A stretch of DNA of 64,000 nt, from contig JANQKC010000014.1 in the NCBI GenBank assembly GCA_028281325.1, forward strand, positions 23,310 through 87,309, given 5' to 3'. The translations under genes and the position numbers were made by a program. Below, one piece after another: positions 47,619-58,200 of the stretch (positions within the stretch are counted from its first letter, which is position 1; each line of letters begins with the position of its first letter). This DNA is from Alphaproteobacteria bacterium (GTDB lineage Bacteria > Pseudomonadota > Alphaproteobacteria > UBA8366). The notes beneath the pieces are model-generated. The model was not told where the DNA came from and ran no database searches. It saw nothing but the letters and a program-made list of their open reading frames with translations.

Positions 47619-48458
47619 ATGGCCCAAGACAGTTTGCAATCGAAAGCGGAAGCGTTCCACGCGCTCCACACCGACCCCAAACTACTCGTCCTGCCGAACG
47701 CCTGGGACGTTGCATCCGCGATCATCCTGGCCGAAGCCGGCTTCCCGGCCATCGCCTCGACCAGCGCGGGCGTCGCGTTCTCGCGTGGATATTCGGACGG
47801 CGAGGTGATCGGCCGCGACGAAATGCTCGACGAGGTGGCCAAGATGACCGCACGGGTCGACATCCCCGTCACCGCCGACCTGGAAGCGGGTTACGGCGCC
47901 AACCCGGAAGACGTCGCGGAGACGGTGCGTCGCGCCATCGACGCGGGCGCGGTCGGTGCGAATATCGAGGACGGTACGAAGGATGGCGATGAACCGCTGT
48001 TCGATTTCGCGCTCAGCGTCGAACGCATCCAGGCGGGCCGTGAGGCGGCGGACGAAGCGGGCATTCCCTTCGTCATCAATGCCCGCACCGACGGCTTCAT
48101 CCGGGCCGGCCGCGACGCCGTGGTGTTGGACGATGCGATCGCCCGCGCCAATGCCTATTACCAAGCCGGCGCCCGCAGCCTGTTCATTCCGGGGGTCGCC
48201 GACGGCCAGACGATCGGCCGCCTCGCCGCCGATATCGACGGACCGATCAACATCCTCGCCGGTCCGAAGACGCCGCCGGTCGCCGAACTGGAAAGTCTCG
48301 GCGTCGCCCGGCTCAGCGTTGGCGGCAGCATCGCCCGCGCCGCCTATACGCTGGCGCGCCAAGCAGCCGAGGAACTGCGGGATGCCGGCACCTACCGGTA
48401 TACCGAAAACACCTACAGCAATCGCGAGCTGAACAACCTGCTCGACCCGGATCGTTGA
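47619..48458 (+). CDS. Isocitrate lyase / PEP mutase superfamily protein (2-methylisocitrate lyase or carboxyvinyl-carboxyphosphonate phosphorylmutase-like)
   Basis: 279 aa. LVLPNAWDVASAIILAEAGFPAIASTSAG, DLEAGYG and NIEDG are family motifs. Confidence 0.8.
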   Translation: MAQDSLQSKAEAFHALHTDPKLLVLPNAWDVASAIILAEAGFPAIASTSAGVAFSRGYSDGEVIGRDEMLDEVAKMTARVDIPVTADLEAGYGANPEDVAETVRRAIDAGAVGANIEDGTKDGDEPLFDFALSVERIQAGREAADEAGIPFVINARTDGFIRAGRDAVVLDDAIARANAYYQAGARSLFIPGVADGQTIGRLAADIDGPINILAGPKTPPVAELESLGVARLSVGGSIARAAYTLARQAAEELRDAGTYRYTENTYSNRELNNLLDPDR

Positions 48459-48507
48459 CCATCTGCGTCCGACCGGCCCAAATACCTGTAAGGAGAGGAA
48501 ACCGACC

Positions 48508-49245
48508 ATGAGCAACGTGACCATCGTTACCGGCGGCAGCCGGGGCATCGGCGCCGCGACCGCACAGCTCTGCGGCGACCATGGGCACGCCGTTTGCGTC
48601 GCCTACCGGTCGGAAGCCGATCTGGCGAACGCCGTCGTCGCCGACATCGAGAAGGCCGGCGGCAAGGCGATCGCCGTCCAAGCCGACACCGCGGTCGAAG
48701 CCGACATCACGAAGATGTTCGACACCGCGGCCGAAACGCTCGGCCCGATCACGGGTCTGGTCAACAACGCCGGCATTCACGGTCCGCGCGGGCGGCTGGA
48801 AGCGCTCGGCGCGGACGACATTAACGCGGTGCTCCAGGTCAACGTGGCCGGGTATTTCCTCTGCGCCCGCGAGGCGGTGCGCCGGATGTCGACGACGCAT
48901 GGCGGCGCCGGCGGTTCGATCGTGAACATCTCCTCCGGATCGGCAAACATCGGATCGCCCGGCGAGGGCGTGCTCTATGCCGCCTCCAAGGGCGCGGTCA
49001 ACTCGCTCACCATCGGCCTGGCGCAAGAGGTCGCCGGCGAAGGCATCCGCGTGAACACGGTCAGCCCGGGCCTCACCGTCCCCGGCATGCCGCCGCAGGA
49101 CAAGGTCGACGCGATTGCGTCGAAGCTGCCGATGGGTCGCGCCGGCCGTCCCGAGGAAATCGCCGAGGCGGTCTGCTGGCTGCTGTCGGACAAGGCGTCC
49201 TATACATCGGCGGCCAATGTCCGGGTCGGCGGCGGACGCCCTTGA
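48508..49245 (+). CDS. Short-chain dehydrogenase/reductase (SDR)
   Basis: 245 aa. TGGSRGIG cofactor motif, NNAG, catalytic YAASK. AAGGAGAGG RBS. Confidence 0.88.
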   Translation: MSNVTIVTGGSRGIGAATAQLCGDHGHAVCVAYRSEADLANAVVADIEKAGGKAIAVQADTAVEADITKMFDTAAETLGPITGLVNNAGIHGPRGRLEALGADDINAVLQVNVAGYFLCAREAVRRMSTTHGGAGGSIVNISSGSANIGSPGEGVLYAASKGAVNSLTIGLAQEVAGEGIRVNTVSPGLTVPGMPPQDKVDAIASKLPMGRAGRPEEIAEAVCWLLSDKASYTSAANVRVGGGRP

Positions 49246-49306
49246 CGCGCCCGGCTTTTTGCCGACTCTTACGCCCGCGCATAATCGGTGTCATGGAAAG
49301 GGTACG

Positions 49307-50923
49307 ATGAGCGAGCAACAATACGAATACCATCCGATGTTCCCCCTCGGCGCAGACAAGACCGAGTATCGGAAATTGACGGGCGACCATGTCGGCACCG
49401 CCACCTTCAACGGCGAAGAAATCCTGACCGTCGATCCGCAGGCGCTGACCGAGTTGACGACCGAAGCCTTCAAGGACATCAGCCATCTGCTCCGGCCGGG
49501 CCATCTCAAACAGCTTGCGAGTATCCTCGACGACCCGGAAGCCTCGGACAACGACCGCTTTGTCGCCTATGACCTGCTCAAGAACGCCAACATCGCCGCC
49601 GGCGGCATCCTGCCCATGTGCCAGGACACCGGCACCGCGATCATCATGGGCAAGAAGGGGCAGAAGGTCTGGACCGGCGGCGGCGACGAAGAAGCCCTCT
49701 CGAAAGGCGTGTTCGACAGCTATACCCAATTGAACCTGCGATACAGCCAAGTCTCGCCGGTGACGATGTATGAGGAAACCAACACGCGCAACAACCTGCC
49801 GGCGCAGGTCGACCTCTACGCCGACGAGGGCGACGCCTATAAATTCCTGTTCGTCGCCAAGGGCGGCGGCTCGGCCAACAAAAGCTTCTTGTTTCAGTCG
49901 ACGCCGTCGACGCTGACGCCGGAACGGCTGGTCGCCTTTCTCGACGAAAAAATCCGCACCCTCGGCACCGCCGCCTGCCCGCCCTATCACTTGGGCATCG
50001 TGATCGGCGGCACGTCGGCGGAACAGAACCTCAAGACGGTCAAGCTGGCGAGTTGCCGTTACTACGACAACCTGCCGACCAAAGGCGGCGACAAGGGCCA
50101 GGCCTTTCGCGATGTTGAATTCGAGCAGGAAGTCCTCCGACTGACGCAGCAGATGGGGATCGGCGCGCAGTTCGGCGGCAAGTATTTCTGCCATGACGTG
50201 CGCGTCATCCGCCTGCCGCGGCATGGAGCAAGCCTGCCCATCGGTCTGGGCGTCTCCTGCTCGGCGGACCGCCAGATCCTGGGCAAGATCACCCGTGACG
50301 GCGTGTTCCTGGAAAAACTGGAAACCGACCCGGCCAAATACATGCCGGACGTGACGGACCAGGATCTGGAAGGCGATGTGGTCGATATCGACCTGCAACG
50401 GCCCATGTCGGATATTCTCGGCACGCTGACCCAACATCCGGTGAAGACGCGCCTTTCGCTGACCGGCACGATCATCGTCGCGCGCGATGCCGCCCATGCG
50501 CGCTTGGAAGCGATGCTGGACAAGGGCGAGGACCTGCCGAAATACTTCAAGGACCATCCGATCTATTACGCCGGACCGGCCAAGACGCCGGAGGGGTACG
50601 CCTCGGGATCGTTCGGCCCGACCACGGCGGGACGCATGGACGCCTTCGTCGAACGTTTCCAAGCGGCCGGCGGATCGATGGTCATGTTGGCCAAGGGCAA
50701 CCGCTCCGACGTGGTGCGGCAGTCCTGCCAAGCGCATGGCGGCTTCTATCTCGGGTCGATCGGCGGACCGGCGGCACGCCTCGCCCTCGACTGCATCAAG
50801 AAGGTCGAGTGTATCGAGTTCGAAGACCTCGGCATGGAAGCGATCTGGCGTATCGAGGTGGAGAACTTCCCGGCCTTCATCGTGACGGACGACAAAGGGA
50901 ACGACTTCTTCCGCGACCTTTAG
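49307..50923 (+). CDS. fumA: Class I (Fe-S dependent) fumarate hydratase, FumA/FumB type
   Basis: Start ATG 49307. [25 protein letters not shown]...[30 protein letters not shown]...AKGGGSANK is colinear with E. coli FumA as I remember it. Confidence 0.93.
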   Translation: MSEQQYEYHPMFPLGADKTEYRKLTGDHVGTATFNGEEILTVDPQALTELTTEAFKDISHLLRPGHLKQLASILDDPEASDNDRFVAYDLLKNANIAAGGILPMCQDTGTAIIMGKKGQKVWTGGGDEEALSKGVFDSYTQLNLRYSQVSPVTMYEETNTRNNLPAQVDLYADEGDAYKFLFVAKGGGSANKSFLFQSTPSTLTPERLVAFLDEKIRTLGTAACPPYHLGIVIGGTSAEQNLKTVKLASCRYYDNLPTKGGDKGQAFRDVEFEQEVLRLTQQMGIGAQFGGKYFCHDVRVIRLPRHGASLPIGLGVSCSADRQILGKITRDGVFLEKLETDPAKYMPDVTDQDLEGDVVDIDLQRPMSDILGTLTQHPVKTRLSLTGTIIVARDAAHARLEAMLDKGEDLPKYFKDHPIYYAGPAKTPEGYASGSFGPTTAGRMDAFVERFQAAGGSMVMLAKGNRSDVVRQSCQAHGGFYLGSIGGPAARLALDCIKKVECIEFEDLGMEAIWRIEVENFPAFIVTDDKGNDFFRDL

Positions 50924-50980
50924 CCGGACCTCAAACCAACGACGGTTGCATTCCGCGCCGCGCTGCGTTGAGATCACGGG

Positions 50981-51355
50981 ATGCCGGTAAACGCCGAATT
51001 CGCCGCTTTTCTGCACGACCAGCTCGCGCCCTTTGGCCCGGTCACGATCCGGTCGATGTTCGGCGGGGCCGGACTGTTCCGCGACGGCGTCATGTTCGGC
51101 CTGATCGCGTATGACACGCTGTACTTCAAGACCGGCGACGCAAACCGGGCCGACTATGAAGACGCCGGCATGGACCCTTTCACCTACGAAGGCAAATCGA
51201 AACCGGTGGCCATGTCCTACCATCAGGTGCCAGCGGACCTATTGGAAGACCCCGACGAACTGAGCGAATGGGCGCGCCGAGCTTTCGATATAGCGCGGGA
51301 ATCGAAGAAGGCGAAGAAGCCCAAGCGACCCAAGAAACGGAGCAAGACGACATGA
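50981..51355 (+). CDS. TfoX N-terminal-domain protein with Lys-rich tail
   Basis: 124 aa. [30 protein letters not shown] is the TfoX_N signature. C-terminus [20 protein letters not shown] overlap with fumC. Confidence 0.75.
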   Translation: MPVNAEFAAFLHDQLAPFGPVTIRSMFGGAGLFRDGVMFGLIAYDTLYFKTGDANRADYEDAGMDPFTYEGKSKPVAMSYHQVPADLLEDPDELSEWARRAFDIARESKKAKKPKRPKKRSKTT

Positions 51356-52755
51356 CCGACACGCCCGAAACACGGACGGAACGCGACAGCATGGGCGAGA
51401 TAGCGGTCCCTGCGAACCGGCTGTGGGGCGCACAGACGCAGCGCAGCAAGGAGCTGTTCGCGATCGGCACGGAACGCATGCCGCAACGCTTGATCCGCGC
51501 CTTCGGGTATCAGAAGAAGGCCGCCGCGTTGGCCAATCAGGCATCGGGCGATATCGATGCACGGATCGGGGCGGCCATCGTCGCCGCTTGCGATGCCGTT
51601 ATAGCAGGCGATCTCGACGATCATTTCCCGCTCGTCGTCTGGCAGACCGGCTCCGGCACGCAGACCAACATGAACCTGAACGAGGTGATCGCGAACCACG
51701 CCATCGAGACACTGGGCGGCGAAGCCGGCTCCAAGGAACCGGTCCATCCGAACGACCACGTCAACCGTGCGCAATCGTCGAATGACAGTTTTCCGACCGC
51801 GATGCATATCGCCGCCGCACTCGAAACACGCGACTGCCTGCTGCCGGGCCTCGACATCCTCAAAACGGCGCTGGAGGCGAAAGCCGAGGAATTCCGGAGC
51901 ATCGTCAAGATCGGGCGGACACATTTGCAGGATGCAACGCCGCTGACCCTCGGTCAGGAGTTTTCCGGCTATACGGCGCAGCTGTCGAACGGCATCGATC
52001 GCGTCAAGAACGCCCTGCCTCACCTGCACCGGGTCGCGCAAGGCGGTACGGCCGTGGGGTCCGGCCTCAACGCGCCGGAAGGATTCGACCAAGCCTTCGC
52101 CGATCAGCTATCGGCGTTGACCGGCATTGCGTTCACACCCGCAGAAAACAAGTTCGAGGCCATGGCGGCGCATGACGCCTTGGTCGAATTGTCCGGCGCA
52201 ACGAATACGATCGCGGCATCGTTGATGAAGATCGCGAACGACATCCGTCTGCTCGGGTCCGGCCCGCGCAGCGGTCTCGGCGAACTGCTGTTGCCGGAAA
52301 ACGAACCCGGCTCGTCGATCATGCCGGGCAAGGTCAACCCGACGCAATGCGAGGCGATGACGCAAGTCTGCGCCCAGGTCATGGGCAATCATGTCGCCGT
52401 CACGATCGCCGGATCGAATGGCCACTTGGAACTGAACACGTTCAAGCCGGTGATCATCTACAATCTGTTGCAGTCGCTTCGCCTGCTCGGCGACGCAAGC
52501 ATCAGTTTCGCGAAGAATTGCGTCGACGGGATTGCCGCCAACCAGGATCGGATCGACACGCTGCTCCGCCAATCCCTCATGCTGGTCACGGCGCTCAACC
52601 CGCATATCGGTTATGATAACGCGGCAAAGATAGCCAAACGCGCGCATGCCGAGGGCACCACCTTGAAGGAGGCCGCCGTCGCGTCCGGTTTGGTGACGGA
52701 AGAACAGTTCGACACATGGGTCGACCCGGCATCGATGACCGGCGAAAAAGCCTAG
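51352..52755 (+). CDS. fumC: Class II fumarate hydratase
   Basis: Start ATG 51352. [23 protein letters not shown], and the [11 protein letters not shown] signature. Confidence 0.96.
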   Translation: MTDTPETRTERDSMGEIAVPANRLWGAQTQRSKELFAIGTERMPQRLIRAFGYQKKAAALANQASGDIDARIGAAIVAACDAVIAGDLDDHFPLVVWQTGSGTQTNMNLNEVIANHAIETLGGEAGSKEPVHPNDHVNRAQSSNDSFPTAMHIAAALETRDCLLPGLDILKTALEAKAEEFRSIVKIGRTHLQDATPLTLGQEFSGYTAQLSNGIDRVKNALPHLHRVAQGGTAVGSGLNAPEGFDQAFADQLSALTGIAFTPAENKFEAMAAHDALVELSGATNTIAASLMKIANDIRLLGSGPRSGLGELLLPENEPGSSIMPGKVNPTQCEAMTQVCAQVMGNHVAVTIAGSNGHLELNTFKPVIIYNLLQSLRLLGDASISFAKNCVDGIAANQDRIDTLLRQSLMLVTALNPHIGYDNAAKIAKRAHAEGTTLKEAAVASGLVTEEQFDTWVDPASMTGEKA

Positions 52756-52756
52756 A

Positions 52757-52777
52757 TCGGGGGCAATACGCCCCCGA
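52757..52777. terminator. GC-rich hairpin between convergent genes (possible bidirectional terminator)
   Basis: TCGGGGGC-aatac-GCCCCCGA forms an 8-bp stem between the fumC stop (52755) and the CheW-globin stop (52787). No U-tract. Confidence 0.45.
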
Positions 52778-52786
52778 CGGTCGCTC

Positions 52787-54058
52787 CTAGTCGACGATGC
52801 TTTCACGCTTCAGTTCGATCGCGGCCAAAATCCGGAAGATCACGCCTTCTGGCACCGATTTGGACTGCAATGTCTCTTCCATGATGGCCTGGCAGGTGTT
52901 GAAGTTGTCGTCGTCCATGCCCTTTTTCGGCACCAGCCATGAATGACCGGACGGCACAGCGCCATCCGCCGGCCCGCCAAGCGCCGCCGTCAGGCAGACC
53001 TGCAACGCATCCATCTGCGCATCCATATCCGCGCCATCGTAGAAGTCAGCGAGGCCCTTGTCGGCGAGAACCCTCTCGTAGAACGCTTCGACGATACCGG
53101 TTAGAACGCCTGCGCCGCCAAGATCCTCGAAGATGCTGGCATCCGGGCCCGAACTGCTGGGGGCGGCCGGCGCTTCGGCGGACGCCGAACTCGGTTCGGG
53201 CGCGGCCGCAGGCGGCGTTCTGTCAACGTTGGTCGACCCCGCCGCGGCATCCCTCTCCTTGCTATCCTTCTCCTTATCGTGCAGCGCGATCACAGTCGGC
53301 GACGCATCATCGGCCTCCGGCTCGGCGTCGGCTCCTGCTTCCTCGTCGTCGATGGCGGATTTGCTGTTTTGCGGTGGGGTAGCGGCCGGCTTCTTCGTCA
53401 GTTTCTTCTTCAACGCCTTTTTCGATCTACGCGGCGTCGCTTTCTTTGGTTCGGCATCGGCCTCCGCGTCGCCGTCGGCTTCATCCATCTCCGCCTCGGA
53501 CACGTCGGCCAGTTTCTTCTTGGCGGCGATCCGTTTCTGCGCATCGGGCGCTTCCTTCGGGCGTGCGATAAAGCGGATCTGCGGCGTTTGCGCAATCGTC
53601 TCGGGATCGAGGATTTGGTCGACATCGAGAACCGCCAACAACTCCTCGTCCATTCGATAAATGCCGGTGCAAAGCTGCTTGAGGACCGGATCCAAGGTCG
53701 CGGGAACCGCCTCGAAATCGCCCTGATCGAGCAACCGGACCTCGCCGATTTCATCGACCAGAATCGTATAGAGATCGCCCTTGTATTCGACCGTCACGCC
53801 CATGCGACTCTCGGAATCATCCGTCCTGCCCAAAATGCGGCGTAGGTTGATGACGGTTACGATCCGGCCGCGCAAGTTCATGACACCGGAGATTGCGGAC
53901 GGCGCCAAGGGAACCTGCGTGATGGTGTGCGTTTCGACGATGTCTTGTACGCTCAGGATCGACAATCCGAAATGCTGGTTATCGACCCTCATGGTCACCA
54001 ACTGTTCTTCGGCCCGGTCGGAAACGAGCTTTTCCTCAACAACCGCTAATTCACTCAT
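52787..54058 (-). CDS. CheW-like domain protein fused to a C-terminal group-I truncated haemoglobin (2-on-2 globin) domain
   Basis: Start ATG 54058 (the track uses TTG 54097). The CheW-like domain is encoded by ~53600-54001. It is followed by a ~135-aa K/E/D/A/P low-complexity linker. The C-terminal 116 aa (nt 52790-53137) read SIFEDLGGAGVLTGIVEAFYERVLADKGLADFYDGADMDAQMDALQVCLTAALGGP...GHSW... and align by eye with trHbN-type globins. Confidence 0.8.
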   Translation of the reverse strand: MSELAVVEEKLVSDRAEEQLVTMRVDNQHFGLSILSVQDIVETHTITQVPLAPSAISGVMNLRGRIVTVINLRRILGRTDDSESRMGVTVEYKGDLYTILVDEIGEVRLLDQGDFEAVPATLDPVLKQLCTGIYRMDEELLAVLDVDQILDPETIAQTPQIRFIARPKEAPDAQKRIAAKKKLADVSEAEMDEADGDAEADAEPKKATPRRSKKALKKKLTKKPAATPPQNSKSAIDDEEAGADAEPEADDASPTVIALHDKEKDSKERDAAAGSTNVDRTPPAAAPEPSSASAEAPAAPSSSGPDASIFEDLGGAGVLTGIVEAFYERVLADKGLADFYDGADMDAQMDALQVCLTAALGGPADGAVPSGHSWLVPKKGMDDDNFNTCQAIMEETLQSKSVPEGVIFRILAAIELKRESIVD

Positions 54059-54207
54059 CGAAAATCCCCGCGAGAAATCGCTATTCTTATGGCTCAATGC
54101 CCATCTTCTAAGGGAATTTCTTTAACGTCTCCTTTACGCCGCGAAGGGATTACACCGACCGAATACTCCCTTACGCGGCATTAACCATAACGACGGGAAA
54201 CCCCGAA

Positions 54208-54831
54208 ATGCCTCCGACCCTTGTTTTCGACGGACCGCGAAACGCGGCCGCAACGGTTGTTCTGACCCACGGCGCCGGCGCCGGCATCGAAACGCCCTTT
54301 GTGCAAGCCTTTGCGCAGGGTCTTGCGGCGCAAAACCTACGGGTCGGCCGGTTTGAGTTCCCCTACATGACGAAGGTTCGCGAAACCGGACGACGCCGTC
54401 CACCCGACCGGCAAGCGATCCTACTGCAAGCGTGGGAAGAGGTCATCGACGGCCTGGAGACCCGGCCGCTCGTGGTCGGCGGCAAATCCCTCGGCGGCAG
54501 AATTGCGAGCATGCTGGCCGATGAAAAACGGGTTAACGGGCTGATTTGCCTGGGCTACCCTTTCCATCCACCCGGCAAGCCGGACCGGTTGCGTACCCAA
54601 CATCTTCTGTCGTTGAAAACGCCGACCTTGATCTGCCAAGGAAGCCGAGACCCCTTCGGCACGGCTGAGGAGGTGCCGCGCTATGGATTGCCGCCCAGCA
54701 TTCGGCTGCACTGGCTCGAAGATGGCGATCACAGTTTCAAGCCCCGAAAGCGGTCGGGCCGTACCAGCGAACAGAATTGGCAAGAAGCCATTCAAGCGAC
54801 TGTCAATTTCATCAATGACCTTAATCGTTAA
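54208..54831 (+). CDS. Alpha/beta-hydrolase-fold protein (KANL3/Tex30-like predicted esterase)
   Basis: 207 aa. VVLTHGAGAG, nucleophile elbow GGKSLGGR, and late GSRDPFG and DGDHS. Confidence 0.75.
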   Translation: MPPTLVFDGPRNAAATVVLTHGAGAGIETPFVQAFAQGLAAQNLRVGRFEFPYMTKVRETGRRRPPDRQAILLQAWEEVIDGLETRPLVVGGKSLGGRIASMLADEKRVNGLICLGYPFHPPGKPDRLRTQHLLSLKTPTLICQGSRDPFGTAEEVPRYGLPPSIRLHWLEDGDHSFKPRKRSGRTSEQNWQEAIQATVNFINDLNR

Positions 54832-55022
54832 GACGGTGCGAAACTTCAAGATTCCGTGAGTCCGTATTGCCAAATCGCGCGGGATAGGGCCACTTTGACG
54901 CTCCTGAATTATGACCTGCGATCAGGTGAAAGTAGATGGAACTGCCGACAGAACGGAGAAATTTGCGCGACGCGTCCGGGCCGCGACATCCGGCCGAAAT
55001 GGATTTGGCGCATCCTGGCGCC

Positions 55023-55271
55023 ATGAAGAAGCGATCCGTCGTCATCGCCGGGCACCGTACATCCGTTTCTTTGGAGAATGCTTTCTGGGGCGCCTTAAAA
55101 GTGCTCGCGGCGCGGCGCGCCCTGACCGTGAATCAGTTGGTTACAGAGATCGACCGGCAACGGGACGGCAACCTTTCAAGCGCGATCAGGGTCTATGTGC
55201 TGCTTTCCATGCGCACTGCCGATGACGACCTGGCGATCGATACGCCGTTAGCGGCTGAACCCCTGCAATAG
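55023..55271 (+). CDS. Ribbon-helix-helix domain protein (RHH_4-like)
   Basis: 82 aa from ATG 55023: MKKRSVVIAGHRTSVSLENAFWGALKVLAARRALTVNQLVTEIDRQRDGNLSSAIRVYVL. The 3' end overlaps the convergent asmA-like gene by 24 nt. Confidence 0.65.
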   Translation: MKKRSVVIAGHRTSVSLENAFWGALKVLAARRALTVNQLVTEIDRQRDGNLSSAIRVYVLLSMRTADDDLAIDTPLAAEPLQ

Positions 55272-58200
55272 ATCCTTCAAAACATCCTCGGGTTTGGGCT
55301 TTTTCTGACCGGATGGCGCAGGCTCCCCGGAAGGAGCGGGCGCCGGCTGCGGGTTCAGTATCCGCGGCAACAACGACTTCAGCGGATCCCGCGCTTGATC
55401 GGCCGGTTGCCCGGACGATGGGGCCTGCTGCGCTGGCGCCTGCCGCGTTCGAAGGATACGGCCGCTCACCTTTTTAACGTAAGGATCGTCGAGCGCACCC
55501 GTCATCTCCGCGACGAGATAGGGGTCGTCGTCCTGCCCAAGCGTCACGTCGGTCACGCTATCGAGCGTCCATCGCGGCAGATGAACTGTTCCGGCGGTCA
55601 ACGCCCGTCCGCCCCGACCGACCAGAACAAGATTTTCCGTCGACGCTACGCCGTTGGCGATAACGATGTCGCCGTTCAGGGTCGAGGCGCCGTCGAACGC
55701 CGACAACAACAAATCCGTTCCCTGCACGACATTCGTTACGCCGCGCAGCTCCTTCACCTTCTCGCCCAACAACGCGCCCGCCAATCCCGCGACCGCGCTG
55801 GTCCCGCGCGTTTCACTTGAAAACGCCGTTTGCAGCTGGCCGGTGATACGGCCCTTGCCGTTCAACGCATTGACCAGATCATGCGCGCTGCCGCCGGTCG
55901 TCGCCATGTTTGCCGTAACCGCCACGGGTCCCTTCACCCTCGTCCCGAACCGAATCGGTCCGAGCCGCACCTGATAATCGCGCAGCGCGTTGACGACATC
56001 CGCCACGTCCACATCCTTTGCCGCGACGTTCAAAGCCGCGGTCAGCGTGTCGGTCTGGGCGTCCGCCTCGCCGGTCGCCGTGACCGTCCCGGTCGAAAAC
56101 CCGGATTCGAAGGACCGCAGCGTAAGTTTGCCCTTCTCCAAGAGAACATCGGCCTTGGGATTGCTGAGACGGTAGGGATCCTTGGTGAGCGCCGACATGC
56201 TCAGCGAGAGTTCCGCATCGATAGAGCGGAGAGCGGCAAGGTCCAGGCGATCTTTCGACCACCTTTCGCCGGGGTTCGGGACGGTGATGCTTTTCGCCGC
56301 CGTCTTGATGATGCGGTGGCGCGCCGGCAACGCGGATCGCCGTTGCGATTCCAGCGGCAGGAATAGATCGAGCAATACTTCGCTCGTGCTCAGGCTGGCG
56401 CGCAGTTTCGGCCGGTCGCCCTCAAAATTGGCATCGGCATTGCCGCGCAAGCTGACCGGGCCCGCGTGGCCCGCGATGTTGCTGAGCTTGATGTACCCAA
56501 GCGATCCTTCCGCCTGAACGGATAAATCGACCGGCCCCAGTTTCCCCGCCGCGGGCGAATAGTCGTCGACCGCGAGCTGCAAGACCCTGACCAGTTCGGG
56601 CGCCCGGAGCGTCGCCGCAAGATTGAATTGCGGCGCCAAGAGCGGCTGCGCAATCGATCCGTCAAGGACGAGCGTACCGCCCATCGCCTCAAGCTTGGTG
56701 TCAAGCGATAGGGACTCGAGCGACCCGCTGCCCTTGCCCGATGCCGCGATGCGCCCGAATTGACGATTCCGGAGTTCCGGCGGATTGCCGAGAAAACGGA
56801 CGAAACGCGGTTTGTCGGTCACGTCGATCCGATACTCCGCCTCGAAACTCGGCTGCCCCGTCGCGATACCGAGCTTGCCCTTCGCATCCGCCCGGACACC
56901 GGCAAAATCGTCCACTTTTAGGCGCCGGATATCGAGCCCGCCATTCACCACCGTAAGATCGACGGCCAAACCGGAAACCGGCGTTCGCGATACGATGACC
57001 GTGCCGACCGTCGCATCGATATTCGCGTCGAACCGATTCAGGAGCTCGATTGCCTCGACATACGCCGGCGTCTCATCGGCAGGCGTCTCCTCCGATCCGG
57101 CTTTCTGTCCCGCCGGAAGGCCGGGACTGACGTTGATCGGGCGGTCGTTCGGCGGGAGATACCCATCCAAATTCAATTTGTCGACCGCGAGCCGAAGACC
57201 GAAGGCGGGTTTATCCCGAAGAACCAGCGCAAGGCCGCCGGAAATCTGGCTGGAATCGAGTTTCATCGCAATGTTGCGCGCGGTCAGATTTCGCGGCGTT
57301 CCCGCCACGTCGGTCGATAGGGTGAACCGGCGCAACCGGTCGGCCGGCACGGCGGCGATATCGACGTCGAGCCATTCAAGAACCTCGCGCAGATTATCCG
57401 ATCGGCCGTTCACGCGAAGGTCGATTTGCGGCTCGCCGTTCGCCGCGACGACAGACCCGTTCACGGCGACGGTCGAGTTGCCCGGAAACACTGCGCTGAC
57501 ATCCTCGACGGCGATGCGGCCGCCCTTGAGCGCGGTCTTGACGGTCACGCCGCGAATGACCGAGCCGTGGTATTGCACGACATCCGCCAACACATCGACC
57601 GTCGCGTCGAGGTCCATTGGCAACTCGAAACCGCCGGCCTCCGTCGTCTTCATCTGCGGCGGCCCCGGTTCGCCATCCGTCGTCGGCGATGTGTCCGAAC
57701 CGCCGGCCGCGCTGTCAGGGGTCTTGGCGGTCGCGTCCGAACCGCCATCGAGAAAAGCGTCGAGATTGAGATTGCCGGCCCGCAGCACCGCCGACACCTT
57801 TTGGGTCGCACCGAGTTCCGCTTTGATGTCGCCGGTCAAACGCGCCTCGCCGAACTCGACCTCGATGGCGTTGAGAGCGACGGCCTCGGCCGACGCATCA
57901 AGCCCCGCCTGAATCGACAACGGCTGCGCCATCACGGGCGGCGGCGTCCCGCCGAGCGATGCGCGCAACAACGCGGCGGCGTCCTCAACGGTCGCCGTCA
58001 CTTCGGCCTTCACGGAAGGGTCGCCCGTCGAGTCCGACAGGTTTCCCCGCACCTGCATTTCCGTATTGCCGCCCGGCGTCTTCATCTCGACCAGGAAGGA
58101 CAGCGGTTCGTCGGGTTTCAGCCGCCCCGTCGACGCTTCGATCGAAACCGGAAGGCCGCGGACGGTCGTCTCGCCCTCCAGGCGGAACGGGCCCTGCAAC

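Noticed and set aside
49073-51223. Very long antisense ORFs: 49073..51223 (716 aa), 8473..10026 (517 aa), 12439..13890 (483 aa), 40707..42146 (479 aa), 3011..4387 (458 aa), 18120..19622 (500 aa), 38235..39428 (397 aa), 60192..61328 (378 aa), 56785..58553, and others.
   Set aside because: Each lies opposite or out of frame to a gene with clear family signatures. Their translations are Arg/Pro/Gly/Ala-rich with no recognisable motifs. These are the usual stop-codon-poor shadow frames of high-GC DNA.
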